Positions 19,458 through 31,754 of a stretch of 64,000 bases of DNA are shown here, one piece after another. The notes below the pieces were generated by a model that worked only from the letters and a program-made list of their open reading frames with translations, was not told the DNA's origin and did not search any database. The translations under genes and the position numbers were made by a program. This DNA is from an uncultured Nitrososphaerota archaeon (GTDB taxonomy: Archaea; Thermoproteota; Nitrososphaeria; Nitrososphaerales; CADDZS01). Location of the stretch: contig CAWCYI010000006.1 in the NCBI GenBank assembly GCA_963799845.1, positions 1,344,001 through 1,408,000 of the forward strand. The letters are read 5' to 3'. The number at the start of each line of letters is the position of its first letter. Within the stretch, counting starts at the first letter, position 1.

Positions 19458-19799
19458 TTGACTCATTTCTTTACTCCCGAGGAAGCAAACAAAGCTATAC
19501 CTGAAATAGTAATCCTTGTTACTCAGGTCGTTGAGCTCAAGAAAAAAATTGACCGCTCTCGTGATTCTGAGAGAAGTTCCGACCTTGATAAGCTCTCAAC
19601 TTTGATGGCGAAGATTGAAGAAAAGGGCGCTGAACTAAAGGATGCGGACGTTGGTTTGATCGATTTTCCAGCGCTTAGGTTTAACGAACCGGTTTATCTT
19701 TGCTGGAAGCTCGGGGAAGACGAGGTTCTTTACTGGCACGGGTCAGAGGGCTTCCGAGGTAGAAAACCGCTAAGGCCAGAAGCGACAAAAATCGTTTGA
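19458..19799 (+). CDS. DUF2203-family protein
   Basis: FTPEEAN...GLIDFP...YLCWKLGE...WH...GFRGRKP. Confidence 0.85.
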   Translation: MTHFFTPEEANKAIPEIVILVTQVVELKKKIDRSRDSERSSDLDKLSTLMAKIEEKGAELKDADVGLIDFPALRFNEPVYLCWKLGEDEVLYWHGSEGFRGRKPLRPEATKIV

Positions 19800-20016
19800 A
19801 TCGAGCTACGCATAGTAGCAAGATATCAGAAAGTTGGGTTCAGCTCGATTTGAACCTGCGATTGGGAAGTACGAATTCGAAGGCTGGGCTTCTTTGAAGA
19901 ATGCAATCGGAGAATTTTCTGAATCGTATCGTCTATATCCGTCGATCTCCGAACTGCTTTTTTTGTTTGAGTTGGCAGATGTCTTACATTTGCGTCGAGA
20001 AATTAGTAATGTTCAG

Positions 20017-21600
20017 CTAATTCTTCTTATCGCCGTTCTTCGTTAGCTCCTCATAGAAGGAGATGACAGCTTTTTCCTGTTTCTTCTCGATTGATCCTGG
20101 TCTTTTTGATCTTATCTTGGAGATAGCCTCGTCAGGAGCCAAGCCATACATCTTGCAGAGGTAGGCGGCAAGAACCGTTCCTGTCCTGCCTTTTCCCGCC
20201 GCGCAATTATGAACGATTGCACCATTTGCTAGGTAAGTATGGTTATCTTCAATTTCAAGGTTGTAAACAAGTCCGGAATACATCGATTTCTCAAGCGATA
20301 CAACCGGCATGCAATAGTAATTTGACCATAGAGCAGTATAGTGAGATGTGCTCTTCTCCCTCCACTCGACAATCCAAGCCGGGGATGGCCTTTCAAATCC
20401 GCTGTGCCGTTTGAATTGTCTTATGTACGGATGCCATCCGTTTTCCAGCACTAGATTCCAAACCTGAAAGGCCAGCGTCAAAGAAGTAGAGAAAAACGAC
20501 GAGCTTTCTCTTTTAGTCGAATAATAGGCATCGCCGTCGGTTACACCCTCCAGCACTGCCTTAGAATCGCATCCATGAAGGAACCCCGGCAAGCGTTTTT
20601 CCAATGAATTCGTCCCGAACCAATTTCGGAAATTATATGTCAACGTTCTCGAGTAGACTTTGATCCTTGTGTAGTTCTCGTGCTCGTCGACCTTCGGTTC
20701 AACCCCAAATTGGCCGAAAGCTCGTAGGGCCCGATCAATATCATCATTTTTTCCTAGAGTTAGTTGCAAACCTCTCGACCCGATCGATGAGCCGTCTGCC
20801 GCGTAGAGACCCATCAGCCATGAGACGTCAGCAGAGGCTAAAGGCTCAACCACTTTGTTCGAATTCGGATTGTCTGATTTCCACTCGAATCTGATCTTGC
20901 CTTCTTGTCTAGATTTCTGAGCAACTATCGGCGAGAGAAGAAAATCCCCAGGTACCAAATCCTTTGCCAAAACCCAGATTGGTTGTGTCTTATCCCAATT
21001 TCGGAGGATCGGATATTTTTTGCGACCTTTTCCGATCCAGTTTGGCTTGTAAGAGTAACCTTTTGGCTCTCTGTGCGGTCTGTAGATTAGAAACGGGTGC
21101 TCTGGGGTGCAAGTAATCGGCAAGGTCCCCCTTGATCTTATCTGAAACACCGGACCGTTGTAATAACGCTCGAATTTTTTGACTATCTTGTTCGATACTC
21201 CATCGCTACTGGTAACATATCCGAAGATTCTGTTTATCGGCGTGGGTAATGAAGACCCTACTACCGTGGACGGGATGAAGCAATGGACGTCAGTCTTATG
21301 ATTGAGTCCTCGCTCTGAAACCAGGAAATCGACGGACTCTCGCAATTGGGAGATGGTTGGAATCGCATGGTTTACCATTGGTACATTCTTGAAGTCTAGC
21401 CCGTCGATCCAATTCTTGTTGATTGGCTCTTCGGTCAGGGAGAGTAGCGCCTTGACACCATTTCTCTTCAGCCAGTCGACCTCTCTCTGAGAAAAGGGTC
21501 GCGCAGAAGCGCTCACGTAGTCGTCTATGAAGGAGAAATTCATTGGCTTCCCCAAAACTCTCCCGTAAATCCATCGGACGATATCCCCTGGTTCAAACAT
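20017..21600 (-). CDS. Dual-specificity/tyrosine protein phosphatase containing an intein
   Basis: Joining the exteins gives VHCAAGKGRTG (HCx5R) and AISKIRSKRPGSIE, a 168-aa mature protein. Confidence 0.92.
   Translation of the reverse strand: MFEPGDIVRWIYGRVLGKPMNFSFIDDYVSASARPFSQREVDWLKRNGVKALLSLTEEPINKNWIDGLDFKNVPMVNHAIPTISQLRESVDFLVSERGLNHKTDVHCFIPSTVVGSSLPTPINRIFGYVTSSDGVSNKIVKKFERYYNGPVFQIRSRGTLPITCTPEHPFLIYRPHREPKGYSYKPNWIGKGRKKYPILRNWDKTQPIWVLAKDLVPGDFLLSPIVAQKSRQEGKIRFEWKSDNPNSNKVVEPLASADVSWLMGLYAADGSSIGSRGLQLTLGKNDDIDRALRAFGQFGVEPKVDEHENYTRIKVYSRTLTYNFRNWFGTNSLEKRLPGFLHGCDSKAVLEGVTDGDAYYSTKRESSSFFSTSLTLAFQVWNLVLENGWHPYIRQFKRHSGFERPSPAWIVEWREKSTSHYTALWSNYYCMPVVSLEKSMYSGLVYNLEIEDNHTYLANGAIVHNCAAGKGRTGTVLAAYLCKMYGLAPDEAISKIRSKRPGSIEKKQEKAVISFYEELTKNGDKKN
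20206..21282 (-). mobile_element. Intein with LAGLIDADG homing endonuclease (359 aa)
   Basis: Starts CFIPST; block B ITCTPEHPF; LMGLYAADG and LEGVTDGD; VYNLEIEDNHTYLANGAIVHN followed by Cys+1. Confidence 0.93.
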
Positions 21601-21682
21601 ACTCAGACACCTGTTTTGATATTCGGTTGCTTTCCCAATCCTCGAAGTAGTACGTTTTGTAACTTTTCCTCTTCCCTAGTCG

Positions 21683-22437
21683 GGTACCGGCCACTTAAGG
21701 ACAAAGGATATGGCCAGGGAACTATCTTCTATCGTTTTTGGTGACGAAACAATGGAGGACGAGTTCTACCTAGCCACACTCGACCGTAAGATATTTCGTG
21801 AGAAATAAGGTTTCAAGAGAAATCAAGGCAGAAGCTGTCAGGCTCTACTTGGAGGGTCTGTCTCTCAGGGTGATAGCAAGAAAGTTTTCTGTGAGCAAGG
21901 AGTCTGTCAGGCAGTGGGTGCTCAAATTCGAGGAAGCTTTTGCAGAAAAGAAGCTTACAGGGAAGAAGGAGAGACCTGTAATTCTATTGGATGAGACCAA
22001 GCTCAAGAGGCATGGAAGGATCGTGTACGTCTCAGTGTGCCTAGATCTCGAACGAAGAGAGGTAATTTCAACGCAGTGCATGAGGTCCATTACACTGGTA
22101 AACACGGTGGGGATCGTGAGGGAGGCTCTCAAATCATGCGCAAATGAGAAACCACTTTTAATCGTGGATCATGCGCCATGGTACAAACCAGTCTTCGAAT
22201 GGCTAAAAGTAGATTTCATACAAAGGACGTTTGGAATCAGGAATTACATCGAGAGGTGGTATAGAACGTTCAAGGAGAGGACGAGGAGATTCTACAACAA
22301 CTTCCCTATCAAAAATGAGGCAAGAGCTATCGAGCGAATAGCTAGATTCCTTCATCTGTTCACCTATTGGTACAACCACATGCGACCTCATGAGACGTTC
22401 AAAGGGAGAGTTCCATCGTCCTTATCTTGACGGTACC
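21683..22437 (+). mobile_element. IS6-family element (755 bp)
   Basis: Imperfect IRs GGTACCGGCCACTTAAGG / CCTTATCTTGACGGTACC, with direct repeat CCCTAGTCG (21674-21682, 22438-22446). Confidence 0.85.
21798..22430 (+). CDS. IS6-family transposase
   Basis: GLSLR...SVRQWV, LLDETK, IVDHAPWY and NYIERWYRTFKERT. The true start may be ~21710 via a 1-nt indel. Confidence 0.88.
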   Translation: MRNKVSREIKAEAVRLYLEGLSLRVIARKFSVSKESVRQWVLKFEEAFAEKKLTGKKERPVILLDETKLKRHGRIVYVSVCLDLERREVISTQCMRSITLVNTVGIVREALKSCANEKPLLIVDHAPWYKPVFEWLKVDFIQRTFGIRNYIERWYRTFKERTRRFYNNFPIKNEARAIERIARFLHLFTYWYNHMRPHETFKGRVPSSLS

Positions 22438-22665
22438 CCCTAGTCGCTAGATCAGATTTTATATGGTCGATATAATAGCGGCGGTCGAAGATAGCAGACT
22501 GAATGTCTGAGGAGTTAGATCAATCAAATTAATTGCTGGCAAACTGAGAACATGCAGTTCTCAATTGCGATCAATTCATATGGAATTGCCTTTGGTTCGG
22601 GTGAGCAAATCAAGAGTGAAACCCGAAGGGAATTTGAATCGAGGTTGACCAAGGCTTATCTAGAA

Positions 22666-23756
22666 TAGGAGTTACGCATTTGGCCGAAAAGAATTTGGCC
22701 AGGATTGTTTCTCTGGTTCATCAGACGCTGCATGAACCCTCCAAAATGCGATGACAATGACTACATAGACTTCCTGATAGCATCCCAGAAATCATTCGCT
22801 TGCACCGAAGCTGCTAGATGTCAGCCTGATGATGATGCAGGAGTCACGCCGCCAGCACACGATAGCTTCACCCGCCTTCTGGAGAGACTGCCTGCGGATA
22901 CAGAAGCGCTCTGGGATGAGGCGAAGAGGATCATCGCCGTTACTGCGGGAGGAGTACTGATAGTCGATGATTCAACTCTGGACAAACCGTACGCGGAGAA
23001 GATGGATTACGTCACGTACCACTGGAGCGGAAAACACCACAGTGTGGTGAAGGGGATAAATCTCATCACAACACTATGGAGCGATGGTAACGCCCTCATT
23101 CCATGTGACTTTAGACTCTACAATGCGTCAAAAGACGGTCTCACCAAGAACGATCACTTCCAGGACATGTTGTTGGTTGCAAAGCAGAGAGGGATGGAAC
23201 CAAAATACGTCCTCTTTGACAGCTGGGTACTCGAGCATGGAAAATCTGAAGCTCATCGCAAGGGAGCTCGGGTGGCATTTCTTCTGCCGCCTCAAGGAGA
23301 ACAGGCTCGTCAATCCAACGGGCAGAAAAAAAGGAAACAAACCAATCAAGGACGTGGAGATCCCGCCTGAGGGAACCACGGTTCATCTCATGGGATTCGG
23401 AATGGTCAGGGTGTTCAGGACAGCCTCCAAGAAAGGAGACATTGAACACTGGGCTACCGATGACGTTGGGATGAATGAGGAAAAGAGAGATGAACTCTCT
23501 GACCAAGGATGGGGAATCGAGGAGTACCACAGAGGAGTCAAGCAGTGTTGTGGCATTGAGAGGGCTCAGGTCAGGAAGGCGACATCCATTCTGAATCACA
23601 TCCACATGTCAATAAGGGCGTTCATACGTCTAGAATTGTGCAGATTGATGACCGGGATAAGCTGGTACGAAGCGAAGGCGAGAATCGTCAGAGATGCGAT
23701 AAGGAGCTGACATTGCACACCCAATCTATCTTCTTGGGTCAACCGCGTAACTCCTA
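22666..23756 (+). mobile_element. IS701-family element
   Basis: IRs TAGGAGTTACGC / GCGTAACTCCTA with 5-bp target duplication TAGAA. Confidence 0.85.
22732..23750 (+). CDS. IS701-family transposase (two 1-nt frameshifts, ~23227 and ~23709)
   Basis: YIDFLIAS, HDSFTRLL, IVDDSTLDK, FDSW(Y) and WGIEEYHRGVKQCCG. Confidence 0.82.
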
Positions 23757-23901
23757 TAGAAGATGTGTCACTGTTTGAGCCTCGATCGCAAATGGTCGTA
23801 ACAGATCGCCCTGAGTCTCAATTGGGCTCCTTTAGTCACGTTGTCAATATCATTTGGGTTCTAATGATCACCAGACGCAAATCTGCGGGGGTCAAATAAA
23901 T

Positions 23902-24516
23902 TTGGGCAGTTTAACTCCAGAAATGGTCAAGAGAATTAACGAAGTTTATGCTGAAATTCCTGTTTACAAAAAAGTAGCCCAAAAAATCAGTGCTGAAACG
24001 GGCACGAGACTTGATTAGCGTACAGTCAAGAAGTATGTTAAAGCATCTTCACGCCGATCAAGCCGAGCGGAAGTAAATGTACGTGCTCTTGCCAATAAGT
24101 CTCATTCCGATGCGCAAGCGACGAGCACTGCTTTCAAGATGTTTCGCGGGGGCAAATCGGCAGTAGACGTTGTGACGGTCATTGGATTGGATCCAAAGAA
24201 AGCACTCGAACTGCACAAGGGATTCCAGAGCCTGAAGGAAATAGAGATGCAGACAGAAGGGGAGCCTTGGTCGTACAAGATAAAGTTGGAAGAATTGCAG
24301 AGGAATTATGATGCCCTTGATCTCGCAAGCTCAAAAGATGCCGCTATCAGTGCGAGTGTAATTCGTTCACTCCAAAAACAGATCAGAGTGAAGGACCTGC
24401 GGATCCGGGACCAGAAGGACGAACTCGATGCGCTCAAAAGTATGATCACAAACGGTGCTTTCGCGACTATTTCGCCACTCCAGAAAACCAAGAGTTTGAA
24501 CCTCCAACAATCCTGA
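23902..24516 (+). pseudogene. HTH/coiled-coil protein with in-frame TAG at 24016-24018
   Basis: MGSLTPEMVKRINEVY...KKVAQKISAETGTRLD*RTVKKY continues in frame into the 24139 ORF. Confidence 0.5.
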
Positions 24517-24722
24517 CTGGTACGACCGCGATCAATGTTGTCGACATATCCCATTTCATTAGGTTTAGCCGTTAAGCTCCAGACTCTCCTGCCGTAGGAT
24601 GTAATGGATCTATCTTATCATCCTGCTCAAGTTGCTCTTCTCAGATTCAAAGCCTTCTTATAACCAGTTCTGGGAGTTGATGCGAAGAAAAGAGCGATAG
24701 CATCATCGGAGGAATGCATTGA

Positions 24723-27350
24723 ATGGCAAATTACGATTATGATGTAATAATCGCGGGCGGCGGAATGGCCGGCCTCATTACGGCTGCCTCGATTTCTGTC
24801 TACTCCAAACAGAAAGCTCGCATACTTGTGGTTGACAGAAACCCCCCACAGGATCCCGGAAAGAAAACGATAAACGGGTGGACCTGTGGCGACGCGGTAA
24901 GTAAGCGAAGCGTCGATTACATAGCGGACAATATCGGAATTCGTTATGGAACACCTGAACTGGAGCATCCGGTGGAAGGCGTGCTCGTTTACTCTCCAGA
25001 CCACGAAACAAAGGTATTGTTTGAAGGTCAGGGTTTCATCCTCAATCGCAAGATCCTTCCACGCAGACAGGTCGAGGATGCAAAAAAACTCGGCGTAGAG
25101 TTCGTGTATAACGTAATTTGTGACAGACTTTACTCCGAGGACGGGTTTGTTCGCGGAGTAACTGGCCGCTCAATGCCCGAAGGAACTGCTTTCAAGAAGA
25201 CAGCGAAGATGGTAGTCGATGCGGCAGGCTCTGCAACAAAACTTCGCCCCAATCTTCCGTTTCAGACGAAAATCGATGCGAATATTGATCGGGATGATCT
25301 AGAAAGCACAGGCAGATACATCTTTGATTTTGAGGTTGGAACAGAAAATCAGACATGGTTTGATTCCCGTTATGCCCTGATTCATTTAGATCAATATCTC
25401 GCTCCAGGTGGTTACTGCCTTGCCCCCGATACCCCAGTAGTATGTCAAAACAGCTTGAAGCCAATTCAAGATGTAAAATTGGGCGATGAAGTCCTTACTT
25501 CCATGGGCTGGATTCCGGTGGTTGACACGAGTGTCAGGAATTACGAAGGTGAACTCGTCGTCGTCACTCCAAGTATGATAAACTATCCAATTCGACTCAC
25601 TTCGGATCACCTTGTAAGAGTGTGGAATCCTCGAACAGGGGAGTCTTGGAAGAGGGCCGAGGATCTTGTCAGAAGCACTGTCGCTAACCGTCGCAAAAGT
25701 GACTATTTGGTATTTCCCTTACCGAAGAAGAAGGAGTCGCCACTGGAGATTCTGGACATTACGGAATACTGCGAAGGGATTGTTGAGGGAGATTACATGC
25801 ATGTGAGGATTAGACAAGAATTCTACGCCGGAAGATCTCCAGATGGAAGCTATCTCAGAAGAACTGGATATGCAAAACATCCGAAGGGCACGAGATTACC
25901 CACGAAGATACAGCTCGATTCGGACTTCCTTGAACTTTGTGGCTGGTACCTGTCCGAAGGTTGCATAAAGAGAGGTCATGTTACGATCTCGAATACCAAT
26001 GAAGGGCATGTGGATCGAGTAACGTCGTTAATCGATAGATTAGGCTACAATTGGCTTGTTTGGGACAATAGAAGTAATGGGAGGAAACTGTGTCACAACA
26101 TAGAGATTACGAATTCACTTGTCGGAATGCTGTTTTCTAAATGCTTTGGCGTGGGTTCTCATAGTAAGAAACTTCCGAGTTGGGTGCATAACATAAGCGA
26201 GGAAAACAAGCTCGCATTGCTCCGGGGAATGTACTTGGGAGATGGTAGCATCGAACGGGGAAAAGACGGTCGTTCAGACAAACGAGACTACACTACCGTA
26301 TCGCGAGGTTTAGCCGTAGATCTTTGGCTGTTGCTGGCCGGAATGAAGATTGTCGGTTCACTCAAATTAATCAAAAAGAAGAACGCTTGGGCCGTAATAG
26401 TTCCTGGTCACCAAGCTGGATTCTTGGGAGAAAATCTGAATCAATCAAAGAAAAAGCAGAGAGGCGGATTTTTCATTGGAGACGACTGCATTTATCTTCG
26501 AATCAGATCCATCGGCCACGAGAAGTATTCCGGTCCAGTTTACGACATCAACTCTGCAGGGGACTTTACACCCCTGTTCAGTGTTCACAACTGCTGGACC
26601 TTCCCTAAAGGTAAAAGCAAGGTAAATATCGGCCTCGGCGTCCAGAAAAAGCTCTGGACGAGAGAAACAAAAATTTCGGTAAGAAGGACGGATTGCAGGA
26701 TCTGATAGACCAGTACGTTGGCATGAACAAGGTGATCAAAAATCCCGTCCAATCAAAGGAGGAGGACGACGGGGGCAATACGAAAGGGAGCTGGCAGGTC
26801 TCCGTAAGGAGACATAACGATTGTCTTGTAGCCAATGGGTATGCCATGGTCGGGGACGCCGCCTGGATGGCGCGGCCCATTGATGCAGGGGGGATTGGCC
26901 CTTCGATCTACGCAAGCGTGATGCTAGGCAAGGTAGTCGCTCGTGCGATCGAAGCAAACGACACGAGTGAGGAAGGGCTGTGGCAGTATAACCTGGATTA
27001 CATGAAGCATCACGGCTACCAGATGGCGAGTTTCGAGGTTCTTCGTAGGTACTTGCAAACTCTCACAAATGAGCAGATCAGTTATGGAATGAAGTACTTC
27101 CTCTCCGAAGACGATATCTCAAGTATAGTGAATCGCGAGCACCCTCGGTTCAGCCGGCTGAGATTTTTGAATCCGGCGATGATGGTTCGGATTGCAAAGG
27201 AGTCTAAGCTGAGCTTCCGGCCTGAAACACACAGCGGATTCAAGTGAGGAGCTGATAGCGCACAACATGAACTATCCGGAAAAACCAAGTGGTTTCGTCG
27301 AGTGGAAGAGCCAGTTTTTGTCAAAACTTCAGGAAGCCTTCAGGTTCTAA
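24723..27350 (+). CDS. Geranylgeranyl reductase family (digeranylgeranylglycerophospholipid reductase-like) with intein; frameshifts ~26650 and ~27213
   Basis: DVIIAGGGMAG, CGDAVS, spliced PGGYCWTFPKG...VNIGLG, and VGDAA...PIDAGGI. The corrected frame ends at TAA 27348-27350. Confidence 0.9.
25416..26591 (+). mobile_element. Intein with LAGLIDADG homing endonuclease (392 aa)
   Basis: Starts CLAPDT; block B LTSDH; LCGWYLSEG and LRGMYLGDG; VYDI...SVHN followed by Cys+1. Confidence 0.92.
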
Positions 27351-27550
27351 TTTCTCCAATCCCGTGGACAGATTGCAGAGATCGTTCTGAGTTACCTACG
27401 ACCGGATCAAATGTATCATATCGGTGCGCGTTAGTGATTTTTCCCAAAGATGGAAAATCATCATTTCGACTTACGCCAAATTTGCTTACATTGGGGGGAT
27501 TTCGTCTGGTATGTTCATCGAGTTTAACGTTTGGCAACTGGAGCAGGAAA

Positions 27551-27718
27551 ATGACCTTGGCAGCAAAAGAAGAGTTCACAAAAGAAGTCAGGTATGAGAT
27601 ATATTCGTGTGCGTTCTGCGAGTTCGTTCAAAATTCAATGGGAACTGAACGCCTCGAAGCGATTGACGAGAAAAAGTATCTGTTCCATTTGAAACATGTT
27701 CATAACCTTGAACGTTAA
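27551..27718 (+). CDS. Small CxxC-x22-H-x4-H zinc-finger protein
   Basis: SCAFCEFVQ...EKKYLFHLKHVH, with a paralog at 61773-61982. Confidence 0.7.
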   Translation: MTLAAKEEFTKEVRYEIYSCAFCEFVQNSMGTERLEAIDEKKYLFHLKHVHNLER

Positions 27719-27836
27719 TCGGCAGTAGTCCAAGACTTATTGCGAGATTAGAATATCTGTCGCGGGAATTGCCTTAGTCGTTCCAGCAGTAGAATGCGCA
27801 ATTTTCATTGACAAAGGCAGGGGACTTGCGATATGC

Positions 27837-29117
27837 TTACTCTTGCACAGCGTCCTCAAACCAGAGCTCGTTTGAACCCAGGTCGTCCTCGTCATCTTCT
27901 TCATTTTCCTTGATACTTTTTATCTCAATCACTCTCAAAGGCTTCTTATCTTCTTGAGGGTGCTTCACTTCGACTTTGGGTACTTCAACCTCCACCTTCT
28001 GCCTAATTTCCTCTTCGGGGGCTTCGACTGCTGGCGACTTAATTTCTTTGATCACTTCAGGTTCAATCGGCGGCGCCTCTACTTTTGGGGCTTCGACCGG
28101 TAGCGGACGAGCAACTTCCTTTACTGGTTCAAGTCGTTTTTCCTCTATGCCAGATTGTTGGACTAGAACAACGGGTTTGGGCTCCTCCTTTGTGATCGGG
28201 CTGGTCTCGATTTCCATTTCGTCAAGTTCGACAGATCGAATTACTTTTTCGACCTCTTCGAGCGCTCTAACTTCGACTGATTTCGAAATCTTCTTCTCAG
28301 CTGGAGATTCCAATCTTTTTACTTCGATTCGAAGTTCTGAAAGCATCAGTGTCAAGGACCTTGTATCCTGGCTGTATACTTCTTCAGCCAGCATGAATTT
28401 CTTTTTCCGAAATGATTCAACTAGGCCCGCAGCCATTCCATGAAGAAAATAATTCCCAACCGCCTTTCCTGAAAATATTGGAGGATCGATAACTACTATC
28501 CGTTCAAAAGTCGTTTCAGATTCCCAGGTAAAAGATCCCCAACCCGCTGCCTTGAGATATCCTCTGACATTCTCCTGGATTGCATCTTCGGAAAAGCCGG
28601 GCGACATTTTGGTTCGCACCTGCTTCACGACATCCAGCGCATAATTGCGCCCCACGTCTCGCAAGGCAACTTTCGATTCCTCAGAGTTCAGGCGTTCTTG
28701 GATGAGAAAAGTAATGTTCGAGTCGATTGATACGACTCTATTTGTTAGCAATATTGTTTGCGGGAAAAGAAACCCGTCAAACATTCTGTTTTTCAGGCAG
28801 ATCGCATTAGCGTTTCTGACCTGTTTCATCCGTCTTAGTTCAATGATGAGGTCGTCAGGGGTTACACTAACTTCGCCTAGATCGCAAGATATGCAGAGAG
28901 TGAATTCTCTGTTTTTCTCATCGACATAACCCGTCTGCGAGACTATCCTTGCACCACGTTTTAGCAGAGTGTTCAATATCTGAACTTGGATTCCCCGATC
29001 TTCTCGACCATATACCAGGAACGCGTAACTTCTAGGAGTGCCGATTGCTAAATTGCCGATATTATTCGGATAATATTCAACCGAGGGGAGCCGCGGTTTT
29101 CCGAGATGGAAGCTCAT
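27837..29117 (-). CDS. ACT + V4R-domain protein with acidic Pro/Glu-rich tail
   Basis: ACT-like EDRGIQVQI..., V4R-like VGRNY...LKAAGWG...FLHGMAAGLV. Paralog at 60462. Confidence 0.75.
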   Translation of the reverse strand: MSFHLGKPRLPSVEYYPNNIGNLAIGTPRSYAFLVYGREDRGIQVQILNTLLKRGARIVSQTGYVDEKNREFTLCISCDLGEVSVTPDDLIIELRRMKQVRNANAICLKNRMFDGFLFPQTILLTNRVVSIDSNITFLIQERLNSEESKVALRDVGRNYALDVVKQVRTKMSPGFSEDAIQENVRGYLKAAGWGSFTWESETTFERIVVIDPPIFSGKAVGNYFLHGMAAGLVESFRKKKFMLAEEVYSQDTRSLTLMLSELRIEVKRLESPAEKKISKSVEVRALEEVEKVIRSVELDEMEIETSPITKEEPKPVVLVQQSGIEEKRLEPVKEVARPLPVEAPKVEAPPIEPEVIKEIKSPAVEAPEEEIRQKVEVEVPKVEVKHPQEDKKPLRVIEIKSIKENEEDDEDDLGSNELWFEDAVQE

Positions 29118-29523
29118 CCGGCCTTTCCTACGAGATTGAATGGAATAAGACGCAATTATAGGATTATGGACTTCAGATCTAGATCCTAGCCAACCCCCCA
29201 GTTTCTTCGAGTCGATCTGTTCTGAGCTATTTTGAATTTTGTAAACTCTAGCATCTTACAAACCACCTGGAGGAAGAAATCAAAGGAACCCCACAAAATC
29301 AATTTCGTTTATTCATCACCATTTGATTTGATCGTAGCTTATATCGTGGTGTCTTGGAAGAGTCAATAATTCTGCCTTGAAAAGGGAAATAATTCAGCAC
29401 CTTTCTACCGATCCGAATAGTGCTCGGGCCAGCGAGTTTGTACTGCCCACAAATCCGGAGCTCTTCATGAAAAGAGGGCATTATTCGATTTGAATCTGGA
29501 TTTTCTCGACTATGTTTAATTGA

Positions 29524-30902
<1,379 letters not shown>

Positions 30903-30920
30903 CGTGATGGTCGATCAATC

Positions 30921-31727
30921 ATGCCAGATGACGGCCAGACGAAGTTCCTATTCATCGCCTATTCGAAGAATGCTGAGAAAAAATATGCAACCATTACCCT
31001 GAACAGACCGGAAGTGATGAATGCTCTAAATCTTGAAATCAGGAAGGAGATCCTTGCCGCTCTTGACCTCGCCGAGAAAGATGAAACCGTGCGCGTCGTT
31101 GTTTTGACTGGAGCGGGAGAAAAAGCGTTCAGCGCAGGGGCAGACATCAGAATGTTTCAAACGATGACTCCCTTCTTGGCTAGAGAGTACCTGAAAACGA
31201 GCAAGGGAGCTTCGAGTCGGCTTGAAAACTTTCCCAAACCAGTAATCGCCGCGGTCAACGGTCATGCAATCGGCGGAGGACTGGAACTTGCGATGTCGTG
31301 CGACATTATCGTAGCATCGGCGAATGCAAAATTTGGTCAGGCCGAAATCAATGTAGGAGCCATCCCTGGAGTCGGAGGGACACAGAGGCTGCCGAGACGG
31401 ATCGGACTTTACAAAGCCAAAGAACTAATTTTCACAGGTGATCTAATTGATTCAAGTGAAGCCTTGAGGCTTGGGCTTGTCAACCGGGTGTTCCCCACAA
31501 TAAAGGAGATGATGGAATTTGTCGATAATCTCGCCGAAAAAATTTCTTCGAAGAGTCCGCTCATATTGAAGCTGGCGAAAGACTCGATCAATAGTTCAGC
31601 ATCCGGATTGCAGGAGGGACTTGATTACGAAAGTACGCTGTTTGCTTTCTGTTTTTCGACAGCCGATCAAAAAGAGGGAGCGAATGCCTTTCTGGAAAAG
31701 CGGAAGCCTGTATTTACAGGATCCTGA
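30921..31727 (+). CDS. Enoyl-CoA hydratase/isomerase family
   Basis: LNRPEVMNAL, FSAGAD, GGGLELA, FGQAE and PGVGGTQRL. Confidence 0.92.
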   Translation: MPDDGQTKFLFIAYSKNAEKKYATITLNRPEVMNALNLEIRKEILAALDLAEKDETVRVVVLTGAGEKAFSAGADIRMFQTMTPFLAREYLKTSKGASSRLENFPKPVIAAVNGHAIGGGLELAMSCDIIVASANAKFGQAEINVGAIPGVGGTQRLPRRIGLYKAKELIFTGDLIDSSEALRLGLVNRVFPTIKEMMEFVDNLAEKISSKSPLILKLAKDSINSSASGLQEGLDYESTLFAFCFSTADQKEGANAFLEKRKPVFTGS

Positions 31728-31754
31728 TTTTTTAAGAGATTATTTTTAAGGGTC

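Noticed and set aside
19840-19870. tRNA-like GATTTGAACCTGCG
   Set aside because: T-loop-like only, with no acceptor-stem match or cloverleaf.
24016-24018. In-frame TAG in an HTH-like ORF as evidence for an alternative genetic code
   Set aside because: A single case beside an IS701 in a decayed region. A nonsense mutation or base error is simpler.
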